From assembly GCF_009914755.1 (NCBI RefSeq), contig NC_060942.1: DNA of 64,000 bases; one strand, 5' to 3'. How positions within the stretch are numbered: the first letter of the stretch is position 1; each line of letters starts with the position of its first letter. This document shows, piece by piece, positions 1-11,397 of this stretch. Under the pieces are notes generated by a model. The model searched no databases and had not been told where the DNA came from. It worked only from the letters and a program-made list of their open reading frames with translations. Made by a program: the position numbers and the translations under genes. The stretch is from the human T2T-CHM13v2.0 reference genome, Homo sapiens.

Positions 1-40
1 AAGATAACTTCACTATTACCCCTTAAAAGAAGAGGCTTAC

Positions 41-334
<294 letters not shown>

Positions 335-2189
335 GGAGGCTTACAGTGGAAAATCACAAGCAGATGGGCCAAGTTTGCTTAGTCATTAGCAGTGTTCTTT
401 CCATGAAATGAAGTTTTCTTGATCTGAATAGGTGGCTCAAGTTCATCTGGATTACTAACACAATGACTTTGAAACCATTTGGAAACTTAAAGTAGATAGA
501 ATTCCCTAATAGGTAAATGGGCAGGAGGAGCAATCCGAAGAAAATAAATAGACAAAACCCCATAGATCATGTGGATGTGGAGTTCACCTTTAGTAAAAAT
601 TAGCAGACAGACTATTACTGTTTCAAATACCTTTTCCCTGCAACATGCTGTGCCAGAATCATGAGTGGCCCCAAGTATAACTTGGAATTCACAAAATTAA
701 ATTTTAGTTCGAGATATTAAAAATAAACACAGATAAAGAAGCCAACAAACAGTTGCTCTAGTTCCACACTCAATCCGCAGACCCAGAGTTAGGTTAAGCA
801 AAACCACAGACACTTAAAAGAGGAAAACAGTCCTCAGGCTGGAGAGATCAGAGGCAGCAGTGGTGGGGTGTAAGCTGGACCTTCAGAAATGAAGCCTATT
901 TAGAGAAGAGATCATGGCATTTGATTCAGAATAGTTGACCAGTCATAACAAAATTGCTGTATTCAAAGTGATTTGCATTCATGGGCTATAAGTCACTGTG
1001 GGGTTTCCAAGGAAGGTTAAAAAAGCCTTGAGACCTTCCTCACACCCTTTGGAAATCACAGCCAGTGTTTCAGAGGTAGACAAGTGAATTCCCAGGGAAT
1101 AAAGAAATCCTCTTTATCCGTTAGGACTGATTATGCTGGGAATAAAAGCAGGGTGACTTCATCCCTGGCTTTCTTACAGTCACCACTGAACTGATTGACC
1201 AGGTGTCCCAGCAAATATCAAAAGGTGGAGAGTGAAACTACAAGAGAATGAGTTCAGTCTCTCTTCTCTCTCTCTCTGTCTTTCTACTTCTCTTTTGTTC
1301 AGCGTCAGCACTTTTTTCTTTCTCTCTGAAGAAACTTTATTTCCCTTTAAGAGTGGCCTCAAAATTACTGTTAATTTTCTACAAGGAAACTGTTCTTTGA
1401 AATACATCATATACCATTTTCTTTTCTTTTTTTTCCTCCCTCTTTGTGATGATGGCAATGCGTTGGCTGTGAATGTGTAAGTATAGTTGCTTTTGAATGC
1501 TGCAAGGTAAATGCAGAAAATGACAGCTTAAATGGAATCATTAAAGCAGATGTAGGTAATATCTGAATGCTACCAAGCCTTCTTTGCAAGGCAATTTTTT
1601 TTCAGTTCTAGTGCCTTGCACCTTTTCAGGGAATCTGACAACCTATCATTTTCTACTTTTTTTCCCCATTTCCAGCATGAACTCAGGGGCCTCATTTCTA
1701 TCTTAAGTTACAACCTGTTGATTGGTGGAAAAGGCAAGAAATGTATACTGTTACACCCTAAACGGTTATTTCCAGGCAGTACAGCAGTGATCCCTGTCAG
1801 TTCATTCAAAGACATTAAGTATGAGAAAGTCACAACAAAATTGCTACCTGTCCACCTGCTGGGTGAACCACAGAGTACAAGTTTCAGAGTGGTTTAGGAC
1901 AGACCCAAGGGACTGCATCCTAGATTTGAAGAGGGCCAGACGTACTACAAAGGAATTATAGTAAAATTTTGCATTTCTTTAAATTTGTACCATCTAATAC
2001 AGTTTTTATTGTACTTTCCTAACCTCCTCATTAAGAAGGCAATGCGGATGTTTTTATCTCCAATAAGGATCAGGAAATGGCAAATTTTAAAAATATTATT
2101 TTTCAAAAATACATTAAAAATAGTTTGTTGCAATGCTAGGTATTCAGAACATGGTATTGGTTTTTCTGATGTTGTTGTTTTAATCAAAG

Positions 2190-2410
2190 ACCTATATAGC
2201 ACTATGCACCAAGCATTTTCAAAGTTCTTTCCAATATCAACTCATATAATTCTTGTAGTAACACCCTAAGGTCAGTACTATTATTATCCCTCACTTTATA
2301 AAGGAGGCAACTGAGGCCCAGTATCATAGAGGTGGACATGTTGTGGAATGAGGACTCGAATCCAGATCGTCTTATCTCCAGAGTTCATGCTCTCAACATC
2401 TTCCCTATAT
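2190..2410 (-). mobile_element. MIR SINE fragment
   Basis: Antisense MIR core: TATTATTATCCCTCACTTTATAAAGGAGGCAACTGAGGCCCAG ... GGACTCGAATCCAGATC. Boundaries approximate. Confidence 0.7.
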
Positions 2411-2584
2411 GCCTTTCAACATACTGGAAAGGTATGCTACAAAAGAAGGAGAAATAAATCCAGCTATTGCTCTTTGATTCTGGGACTGCTAACTCTTTCA
2501 TTCAACAAACTTTATAGAGCAATTATTAACAGCAAAGGACTGTATTCAGTGTTTGGAGCATCCAAAGTAATATGACAAATGGTC

Positions 2585-2815
2585 TAGCCTCATTATTCAC
2601 AAATTCTACATTTGCAAATTTGCTTACTGTTTAATTGTATTTGTAACCCCGAAATCAGTACTTGTGGAATTTTGCTGTCATTCATGGACATGTGCGGACA
2701 GGCTTGGAGCAGTGAGGAATTTGAGTTGAGGATCCTCTTTTCCCAGCTGAGTTCAAATAAAACAACGCTCTGCTCTCCTATCCTGTTTCAGCTTTCATAC
2801 AGAAACGACCAGAGT
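2585..2815 (+). mobile_element. TcMar-Tigger family DNA transposon fragment (MER82-like)
   Basis: CCTCATTATTCACAAATTCTACATTTGCAAATTTGCTTAC...TTTGTAACCCCGAAATCAGTAC...TTCCCAGCTGAGTTCAAATAA...TGTTTCAGCTTTCATAC resembles the CpG-decayed MER82 left end as I recall it. Confidence 0.65.
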
Positions 2816-2937
2816 ATGAAAATGGTAGTGGACAGTGCAGTGTATAAACAGTGTGGGAAAGAAAGGGTGGGTCTTGATAATTCAAAGTACTCCCTAAACC
2901 ACTTTGACCACAATGACATAAATATTTCAAGCAAGAA

Positions 2938-2939
<2 letters not shown>

Positions 2940-2992
<53 letters not shown>

Positions 2993-3035
2993 AAAGAGAG
3001 AGAGACAGATGAGAGAGAAAAAGAAAGAGAGAGAG
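2940..3035. repeat. Compound microsatellite: (AC)25 followed by an imperfect (GA)n tract
   Basis: Perfect AC run at 2940-2989, then GAGAAAGAGAGAGAGACAGATGAGAGAG... Confidence 0.97.
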
Positions 3036-5104
3036 GGAATGTGCGTGTAGGTGCATGCACAGCATGTGTGAATGCAGGTCATGTAACTAATTGTTTTAAT
3101 TCTTTAATCAATTTGTTAACATAGATCTTCTTTCGGCATACTGCTATTAAGTACATAAAATAAAGTATGGACACGGAGGTATGGTCCTGGCAGAATAATC
3201 ATAATAGAAAATGAGGTGATCTACTGATAAAACAATATTGTGACCGAAACAACAAATCAGAGTCACAGTGCAATTACTGTTTTCAGAACATGTACAGCAA
3301 ACTGGTTCCCCAGCAGCCAACAGACAGTGCCACATCATTATCTGCTCTGCTCACTTGGCTACCGGGTATTAGCATCATGTCTTACAACTCTGGAGACTAA
3401 ACCAATTAAGGTACAATTTAAACAAGGCACTCATAAGTATTGTACCACGGTGGTATTGACACATCTAAATATTTTAAAAAATAGAATAAGGCTTCCAAAA
3501 ATAGGCAATCCATCTTAGGAGAAGAGGTTCCATGGAGCGACTTCTGCATTATGAATAAATATGCATAATCAAAACAGTAGCCCAGCTCAAATCTCTCTCC
3601 TGCTCATTTGATATACCTCTCCATGTCATATCTATTTTCATATAAACAACACAATAATATAACATCTGCATTGCTAAATAACACTACTATGTTCTAATGT
3701 CTTTAGGATGGCATGAATAAAATCTTTCTACTCCCGTTTATTAGAATTTATTGTTGACAATCCCTTGCAAAGTAGCAGAAGGTATAATTAATTCTGGTAC
3801 AACCCTAAGTTGGATATAGAAACTCAACAGGGTTTCCTTTTGACTTCAAATGATCCATCACTTGATAATGTGGAGAGGAGGCAGCAGGAGGAGGGTGTGA
3901 GCCTCCATAACTTCACTCTAAACTGCTGCCATGGTGCCCCAAGCAGTTAATGTTATATACACACACTGTTAGCTCCATAATACAATTGTACTTTTCTTTA
4001 TTCTGTGTAGATCTTTGGCTACAATGTTCCATAGGGAGAAAAAAACAAAACAATCTTTCAAGATTTTGTCAGGAATTGTACGAAAGCAAGTATTTAGAAA
4101 TCTCCCTAACTCAGCATGAGGTTCCTACTACCACTTGCTCCTACTATTATACATTCAATTCTCTTCTTTCTGGACATCTCCTAGATTGGGGAAAGGATAA
4201 TTTCACAGTTATGCTAAATTAAAATTAATGCATCATTTCAGGAATTCTCTCATATAGGCTATTAATATATGCACACTTCTCATCAGTAGAAGAATTGATC
4301 TAATTATGTTAAATGTACAGTTACTGATGCACCTTTAGTTCATTATGTGGTTGCTCAGAGGAGGAGAAAGCAAAGAGGGAAGTTATTATTATAGGCTTGA
4401 TTCCGACCAATGAAAATAATAAACTAATAATTCAGAAATAAGCCAAAACAGAAGAGAAAGTGATTGTGTCAGCCTGGAATTCATGACATGAAAGAGAAGA
4501 GCACTTGGATATGAATTATTGGGAGGGGAAAATTTAGTATCAGGAAAACAGAGATATGGTACCCTGGTGAGTGGTTTTTTAAGGGAATAAGACTTGCAAG
4601 AGGTGGAAGTGTCCTTAAATTGCAATTTATTGTGTCTTTGAGAATTATCTCCGTTTTAAAGGTGAGCAGGAGGTACAATCCAAAGAAAAAGGTGTAGCAG
4701 TAATGATGCCTCTGATAAGGGCAGATTACAAACATGAAAAGAGAGACACATTTCAACTCTCTAAAAACTATGCTATCAAAGCATGAAATGGGCTGTCTCA
4801 GAAAGTGTAGGAGGAAGAATATAAAAGTGGTCTATAGAATTTGTAAGGTTTCTTTCACTTTGAAGTTTCTGTTATTCTGAGTTATGTGGAAATAGATTTT
4901 CATTCAACATTTAAAAAGTGTTTTTAGACAGTGATGTTAAATAATAATAGCTTACATATTGAGGTGGTGCCTCGTAATTTATGAAGTGCTTTGACAAGCA
5001 TTATCAATTCTCACCATAGCCCAGAGAGATCATGATCTTCATCTTATAAATGAGCAGACAGAGTCCTGCAGAGGTTAATTTGCTATCCCAGGGTAACACA
5101 TTTG

Positions 5105-5960
5105 CAGATTTCAGGGCAAGAGTACAACTGGAGGAGCACATACCTTATGTCTCAATATCTAAAATTTATAAACCAAGTAACAAACAGTTAAATATGTCCA
5201 GCCTCCTACCTCAGATAATATATCTTCAAACAACATTTTCAAACTATATGCTTTTTTATGACTAAAAGTTGGCAAAATATAAAAGATGACTAAATTTAAT
5301 CGTTTTAAATAATACTATTGTAGGGCTGGATGTTCTATTGATGAGACTGTGGTGTTTAAAAATACATCTATAATTTATATGTTACAAGTTATATAAATAT
5401 TCCCCAAATTTATTTTCTTTACTTAATAAAATCACAAATTATGCTGTTCCTATATTTTTATATAATCTGGGTTTTATTAAATATATGATCTATAATTTAA
5501 AAATAAAATATAATTGTATTCAAATTATATAAATTTTGTATGTATTTTGATAAAATGTAAATAGATGTAATATAAAAAACTAAGACAAATTATTTATATA
5601 TCTTTTTAAAGTTTATTTTCTTCTATAATATTAAAAAGTAAGAGATTAAATATAGATTATAATTAATGAATTAAACATTTGGAACTTATTACTATAAGCT
5701 GAATTATATAATTTGAAAATATAATAAGATATTATTAAACATTTTTTGTAAAAAAAAATTCACTGTACTAGTTTTCAACGTCCGTCTAATTGTCAGTGTA
5801 AAGAATCAGTATTACCCTTCATGTGTTTTACATCTAGCTAAAACCATATATATACAAATTTGAAAATAATAAAAATTGTTTGTTGTTACAAAATTCCTCA
5901 GCCACGATGGCAATTTCTGAATACCTCCAGAACCATGAAGTGGAACATGAAGAACAAGAA
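5105..5960. mobile_element. Probable hAT-Tip100 DNA transposon relic (Zaphod/MER115-like) with a very AT-rich interior
   Basis: CAGGGCAAGAGTACAACTGGAGGAGCACATACCTTATGTCTCAATATCTAAAATTTATAAACCAAGTAACAAACAGTTAAATATGTCC resembles the remembered MER115/Zaphod end. The right boundary is uncertain. Confidence 0.4.
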
Positions 5961-6560
5961 GAAATGGACCCAACCTTATTACGGGAATTGCTTGTCCCTA
6001 CGCCATTGGAGAGAAAAGATTAGAGACATTAATTAATTTGTCTTTCATCTTAACTACATGCTTTCTCTGCTCAAATCCTTCCCATACTCCAAAGCACTGT
6101 TTGGCTCAGGCTTCCACAGTGTTCAACCACCAGGCCCTCATGGCACTCAGATACAGGTGTTTGTATTCTGAGTATTTAGGAAAAGAGATGTGGAAAAGAC
6201 ATTCCCTGGGGCCTGAATGGTGTTGGTCATCGAGTGGATGTTTAGAGTTATAGGTGATAGTGTATCAGCACTAAGTCCCAGACCCTAAGAAGCACAGGCA
6301 CTCAAACACTTCTTTTAAATAAATGCATTATGTTTGTGTGTACGTGATATATAAAGCCCTCTAAAGCACAAGACCTAGGCCAGAGGCCCCTGTTTCCTGA
6401 GCTAAGAGTGATATTAATTGGTAGAGTCAGGAGTTAATCTAAGTGAATACCCTTTTAATGAAGTCAGCAATCTTTAGGGATAGAGAAATCCCTTTAATAA
6501 AGATATTAAAGTAGAATTTTTATTTAAGAAATTTATGGAATCAGTAAACTGATTTTTATT

Positions 6561-7052
6561 CCTTATTAAAACAACTGAATTTATTTTACATGTATATTTT
6601 TGTTTCCCCCCATTTCCATGTCTGACCACCACTACTACTAAGTCACATCATAGCGTTTTATATATACTTAAAACCAAGCAAAGACTGGAGTTCCATCTTT
6701 AAAAACTAAACAGGCATTTTGAACAACACATTTTTGGCAATGGAACCTGGACAACATTTATCAAACATGGTAGGGAAAGTTCTCACTCTGCGTTATAAAA
6801 AGAACAGCCAGATATCAACTGTTACAGAAATGAAATAAGATAGAAAATTTCAACAAGCTGTTTAAACTATTTTCTTAAAGAGACTTTCTTCACTGCCAGA
6901 GATCTTGAATAGCCTCCTGCTCAGTCATCCAGAAGGAATTCTTCACATAATTGATTAACTTGGCTTCCGTTTTGGGAAGAGAACCACCTTTTTCTATACT
7001 TGCTTGCATTTTTGCTTTAATGTCTTCTACAGAACTAGGGCCTTTTGGTGTT
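6561..7052 (-). pseudogene. NPM1: NPM1 (nucleophosmin) processed pseudogene, non-inverted 3' part (about codon 237 to the end plus the 3' UTR)
   Basis: Minus-strand translation [57 protein letters not shown] matches the NPM1 C-terminus without introns. The NPM1 3' UTR follows (AAGAAAATAGTTTAAAC...GGTCAGACATGGAAATGG...) up to an A-rich end near 6552-6560. W290 has become TGA. Confidence 0.96.
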
Positions 7053-7183
7053 AAGGTGAATACTGATGAAAATGGGCACAAGTTGTTTTTATGAATGGTT
7101 AGTTTAAAGGCTGGTCCAAAGGATGAATTGCACATGGTTGAAGCAGAGGCAATGAATTATGAAGAACACAGTCCAATTAAAGT
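7051..7183 (+). pseudogene. NPM1: NPM1 processed pseudogene, inverted 5' fragment (about codons 31-74)
   Basis: Plus-strand (T)TAAGGTGAATACTGATGAAAATGGGCACAAGTTG...GCTGGTCCAAAGGATGAATTGCACATGGTTGAAGCAGAGGCAATGAATTATGAA..AGTCCAATTAAAGT reads [36 protein letters not shown](fs)SPIKV. NPM1 reads [43 protein letters not shown]. Confidence 0.93.
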
Positions 7184-7759
7184 GATTTCTAATTTGGGTT
7201 GAAATATATGATGTGTAAAGACCCTGGGATGCTATGATTAAGAAATAGTTTTAAATGTTTCTATCTCATCATCAGAGTATATATGTTTGTATAACTAACA
7301 TTGAAAGATAATTTGGATTAAAGTTCTGAATTAATTTAGTGGTCACCTACAACCTAATGTAACAGTCAAAATGAGAACATTCACAATTTTAGTGGATGTG
7401 GACCCAGTAGATCCCATGCACTGAGATGAGGAATTCATTTTTCAAGTTGAACATCTGAAGTATATCCTGCTTCATGGAGAGACTCTTCTAATCTATACTT
7501 TATCCATTTACATGGAAATTCTTCTGAGTTGAAAGAGGAGTTTCAGTGTGAACTTGTAGACCTGCAGTACCCTTACTTAAACAGATAAAAACACGGTTCA
7601 CTGAGGATCTGTCTCATTAGAGCAGGAGAGTCAACTGACTCATTTTAGAAAATTTTCAAGAACATTTGTTACAACAAAAAGTTTTATGATTTTCAGTACC
7701 CAGAATGCCTAACCAAACAAAATCTTGTCTTTCCCAGATTGTATGAACTAGAGAGTAAA

Positions 7760-8130
7760 GAGGCAGTATCATGGGAGAAGCTCACGGAATCTGGAGCCAG
7801 GCCACCTGAGTTTGAATGCCAGCAGGTATTACCTGCAGCAGTGTGAGGTTGGGCAAGTTACTTAATCTCTCTGATTCTCCATTTCCTCATCTTTAAAATG
7901 GAAGTGATAGTAGCGCAAGAATAGTGGCACTGCACACATCCAGAGATGCTACTCACATTGCCTCTGTGTTAGTGGTGGCTGGGAGGGGTGCAATACATGC
8001 TAGGAAAGACTATTCTCTGCTGCCCTGAATAGACCCTACCGTATAGGGTTGTAGTTCAGATTACATGAGTTAATCATGTAAAGCACTTAGACTGGAGGCT
8101 GGCACCCATTAAACACTCAGTAAGTTATTG
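7760..8130 (+). mobile_element. MIR SINE interrupted by a short insertion
   Basis: TCTGGAGCCAGGCCACCTGAGTTTGAATGCCAGC...TTGGGCAAGTTACTTAATCTCTCTGATTCTCCATTTCCTCATCTTTAAAATGG, resuming at about 8030 with CCTACCGTATAGGGTTGTAG..ATTACATGAGTTAATCATGTAAAGCACTTAGA. Confidence 0.85.
7915..8027. mobile_element. MER91-like hAT MITE nested in the MIR
   Basis: GCACTGCACACATCCAGAGATGCTACTCACATTG...GAGGGGTGCAATAC...GCTGCCCTG is a degenerate palindrome like the remembered MER91, and it splits the MIR. Confidence 0.5.
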
Positions 8131-8834
8131 TCAATCCATTTGATAAGAGAATGGTGAGGAGGAGGAAATAGAAAATAGCAAGAAAAACAAAACCAAAAAA
8201 GAGTCATGCTCTAACTGGAAACCTAAGAGGAAAAAAAAAAAAGAAATAAAGTTGCTTATATTTTCTAATCTGTCAAAGATCAATTCACAATAAGCATAGA
8301 AAGCAGTTGGTGACCTGTCATGAATGATCCACATTTTCCTCTGAGAATACAGTTATGTAAACCCCTAGGAAATCAGACAGCCTCCTGCTAAAGTGAAAAA
8401 TCAAATGACCAAATAGTGAATTTTTTTAAGCATAAGAGCAGGAAGTGGCCCATCTGAATCTCCAAGACTTGGGGAGGTGAATTTGACCGCTACAGCTAAT
8501 AGGTAACGATTTATGACCAGTACCCATCGCCAGCAAATTATTCACTAACTGCTGACAGGGCCAACCCTTGACAGTGAAATCAGTGGGGATGATATCAGTC
8601 ACTCTGTCACTGGAGTTGCAAATCTTCCAGCCAGCACAAGAGACCTAGAAGCAGAAACGGAAAATGGAGAAGCCAACAAGTTCAGCCACGGCTGGAGGTG
8701 CCCCTGATAGGAGGTCAGCAAAGTGAAATGGAGACAGCAACATTAATTGTGCCAGTGGTGAATGTGTGAGTCAGTACTGGCTATGAACTATACCAGAGGA
8801 TCTGAAGAGGTACACCAGGAGACAAGCAAGGGCT

Positions 8835-9050
8835 GGAGTGTCAAAGAAAGCTGGTTTCAAATCCCTGCTCTACCACTTAATAAATGGCCTTAGGCAAGCT
8901 ACTTAATATCTCTAAGTCACCATTTGCCCATCCCTAAAATAAAAATAATAAAATCCCCCTTACAGGGCAGGGTGCAAAGATGTATTAAGATAATGAATAG
9001 GACACATCTGGCACACAATGTCTGGCAAGTTGAAGGTACTCAGTGAACCT
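8835..9050 (+). mobile_element. MIR SINE
   Basis: TGGAGTGTCAAAGAAAGCTGGTTTCAAATCCCTGCTCTACCACTTAATAAATGGCCTTAGGCAAGCTACTTAATATCTCTAAGTC. Confidence 0.75.
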
Positions 9051-11035
9051 GACTCCCCATTCCAGAAGCTGCCCTGAGGGATACTCACAGCCAGGAGAGT
9101 GGGGTGGAATGCAATTAAATAAGTAGTTAACAACTAACATGCTAGAGATGAGAACAGGACCTCAGGAGGACACAGGGGGATGCTTCCTTAAGGACCCAAC
9201 CTGACAAAGGCAGGAAACAGCAGAGAAAAAAAAGAGATGCTCAGGAAAGGGTCAAGACTAGGTGGGTGTAGACCATGGAGTTCAAGGTAGCCAGAAGGAC
9301 AGACAGCATAAGGCACATGGCCAATGCCAAGGCCTAGAAACAAGAGAAAGCACTGGACTGGCTGTCCTGGATCTCAGACCTGCTTCAAATTCTTGAAGTC
9401 ACAGTTCCAAAATCCACTTTTTCTCTCCTTGACTTTTGTCTAGCTGATTTTCTCTGTTGGCTAATCCCTGCTTAACGCACTTTTAGGAAGCATTGCCTAT
9501 CCTTCTACCACCCATAACACAGTATTACAATGACAAACGCACAAAGGCGAGCCCAGTGGACCATACTGGGATGGCTTAGACTGGGATGAGAGCAGCAGGA
9601 TGGGGTGACTTGCTCATTGCTGGACAGGAAAAGTCCCACGATTCCAGGTCATTGTGCTGATGCACCCTAAGGATCATAAAATAGCTGCTGCTTTCTCCAT
9701 TCTCCTTCTCAAACAGGAAAGTATATATATAAATAAATAAATACGGGTTGATCTGCGAGTTGACAGGGAAACGCCAGATATCCCCACTTTCTGAGTGGAG
9801 TCTTCAGCGAGCAAAGAAGAACATTTGGAATGAGTACTTATTGTAAAGGAAAGTTTCACCCAGGCCTCTGTCCATTATCCTCATTAATTTCTAACAAGGA
9901 AAGAGAAGCTCTCAGTCTGATTATTAAGACTCAGAGACATAAAGCCATTTTTTAGAAATGTCTTACTAGCGGTCAAGGTCACCGTGTGTTACCCCTCAGT
10001 GTCCAGGTATAGAGGCAGCATTCCCACTTCCTGCTCCATGTGCTAAACCCTACAGGACTAGGTTTGTTCCTTTGCAGCCCAACGAGTCATCCTGTATCTT
10101 GCCTACCTTTTTGACTTTCCACATGGGTCGTGTGCTATGCAGTCATATTCAGGGCCTGCTTTCCAGAAACAGGCCTCCTGTCCTTCTCTAACTTCTTTCA
10201 CTATATCTGCTACAACCAGGGAAAGGACGGAGAAAATTGGGAAATATCCTAGGTACAATATCACCTTGACAATGTCTGACCATTTGATATTCATAGAAAA
10301 GGGGGGAAGAAAAAAGGACTTCATTGGCCCAAGTCATACTTAGCTTTTCTTAGAGTATTACACTGGAAAAAGAAGCGTGTAGGAGCCTAGATACCCACAG
10401 AATAATATTTTGTCTTCTATTCTTACTGTGATTGTTTGTGTGTAGCTCTTTCTTTCAGTAATTCCAGAAAGAAGAGAGTTTAGAGTTATAAATGAGACAC
10501 AAAAACCATACCCTGAAATCTCTAACAATGATAAAGATTTCTTAAAGTCATTGAAGTTAAGCATGAAGAACAGGAGGAAGAAAATGTAATGTACATATTT
10601 AAGGAGATAATCCAAAGCCTAGAAAAAACAGTGATAATAAACAATGGTTTTATGATCAATAATAGAATATATTGATTTTTATGGATAGCCAGTATATTCA
10701 CCTCAAAAATGTATATCTGTGAATATTTTTAAATTATGCAGAAAAATCAATAAATCCATTAATTAATTGATGTTTCTTTAAATAGGCACCAAATTTTGAA
10801 ACCACTGGGATATTGGAGAACACGGAAAGAGTCTACAAGGATGTTTAGATACTTCCTATATGCAAGGTGCTATGCTAGATATAACCATTCAAAAGAACAA
10901 CCTTTTTCCTCTAGTAGTATGCAAACTGGTTGGGAACAAGAGCAATTGTTTTGGAGTCAATAGACCATGTTTCAAGTCCAGATAGTCTTACACCCTATGA
11001 ACTTCAGTTTTCTCAACTTAGAAAGGGGTTAATGA

Positions 11036-11397
<362 letters not shown>

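Noticed and set aside
2612-3124. 170-aa ORF with THTHTH/ERER runs, and similar ORFs at 20398-20650, 32625-32974 and 49130-49372
   Set aside because: These are reading frames through microsatellite or low-complexity tracts.
6890-7135. 81-aa ORF as a possible intact chimeric NPM1-like gene
   Set aside because: Its N-terminus is the antisense of the inverted NPM1 fragment. It ends at a premature stop and has no visible promoter, so it is an accidental frame in a pseudogene.
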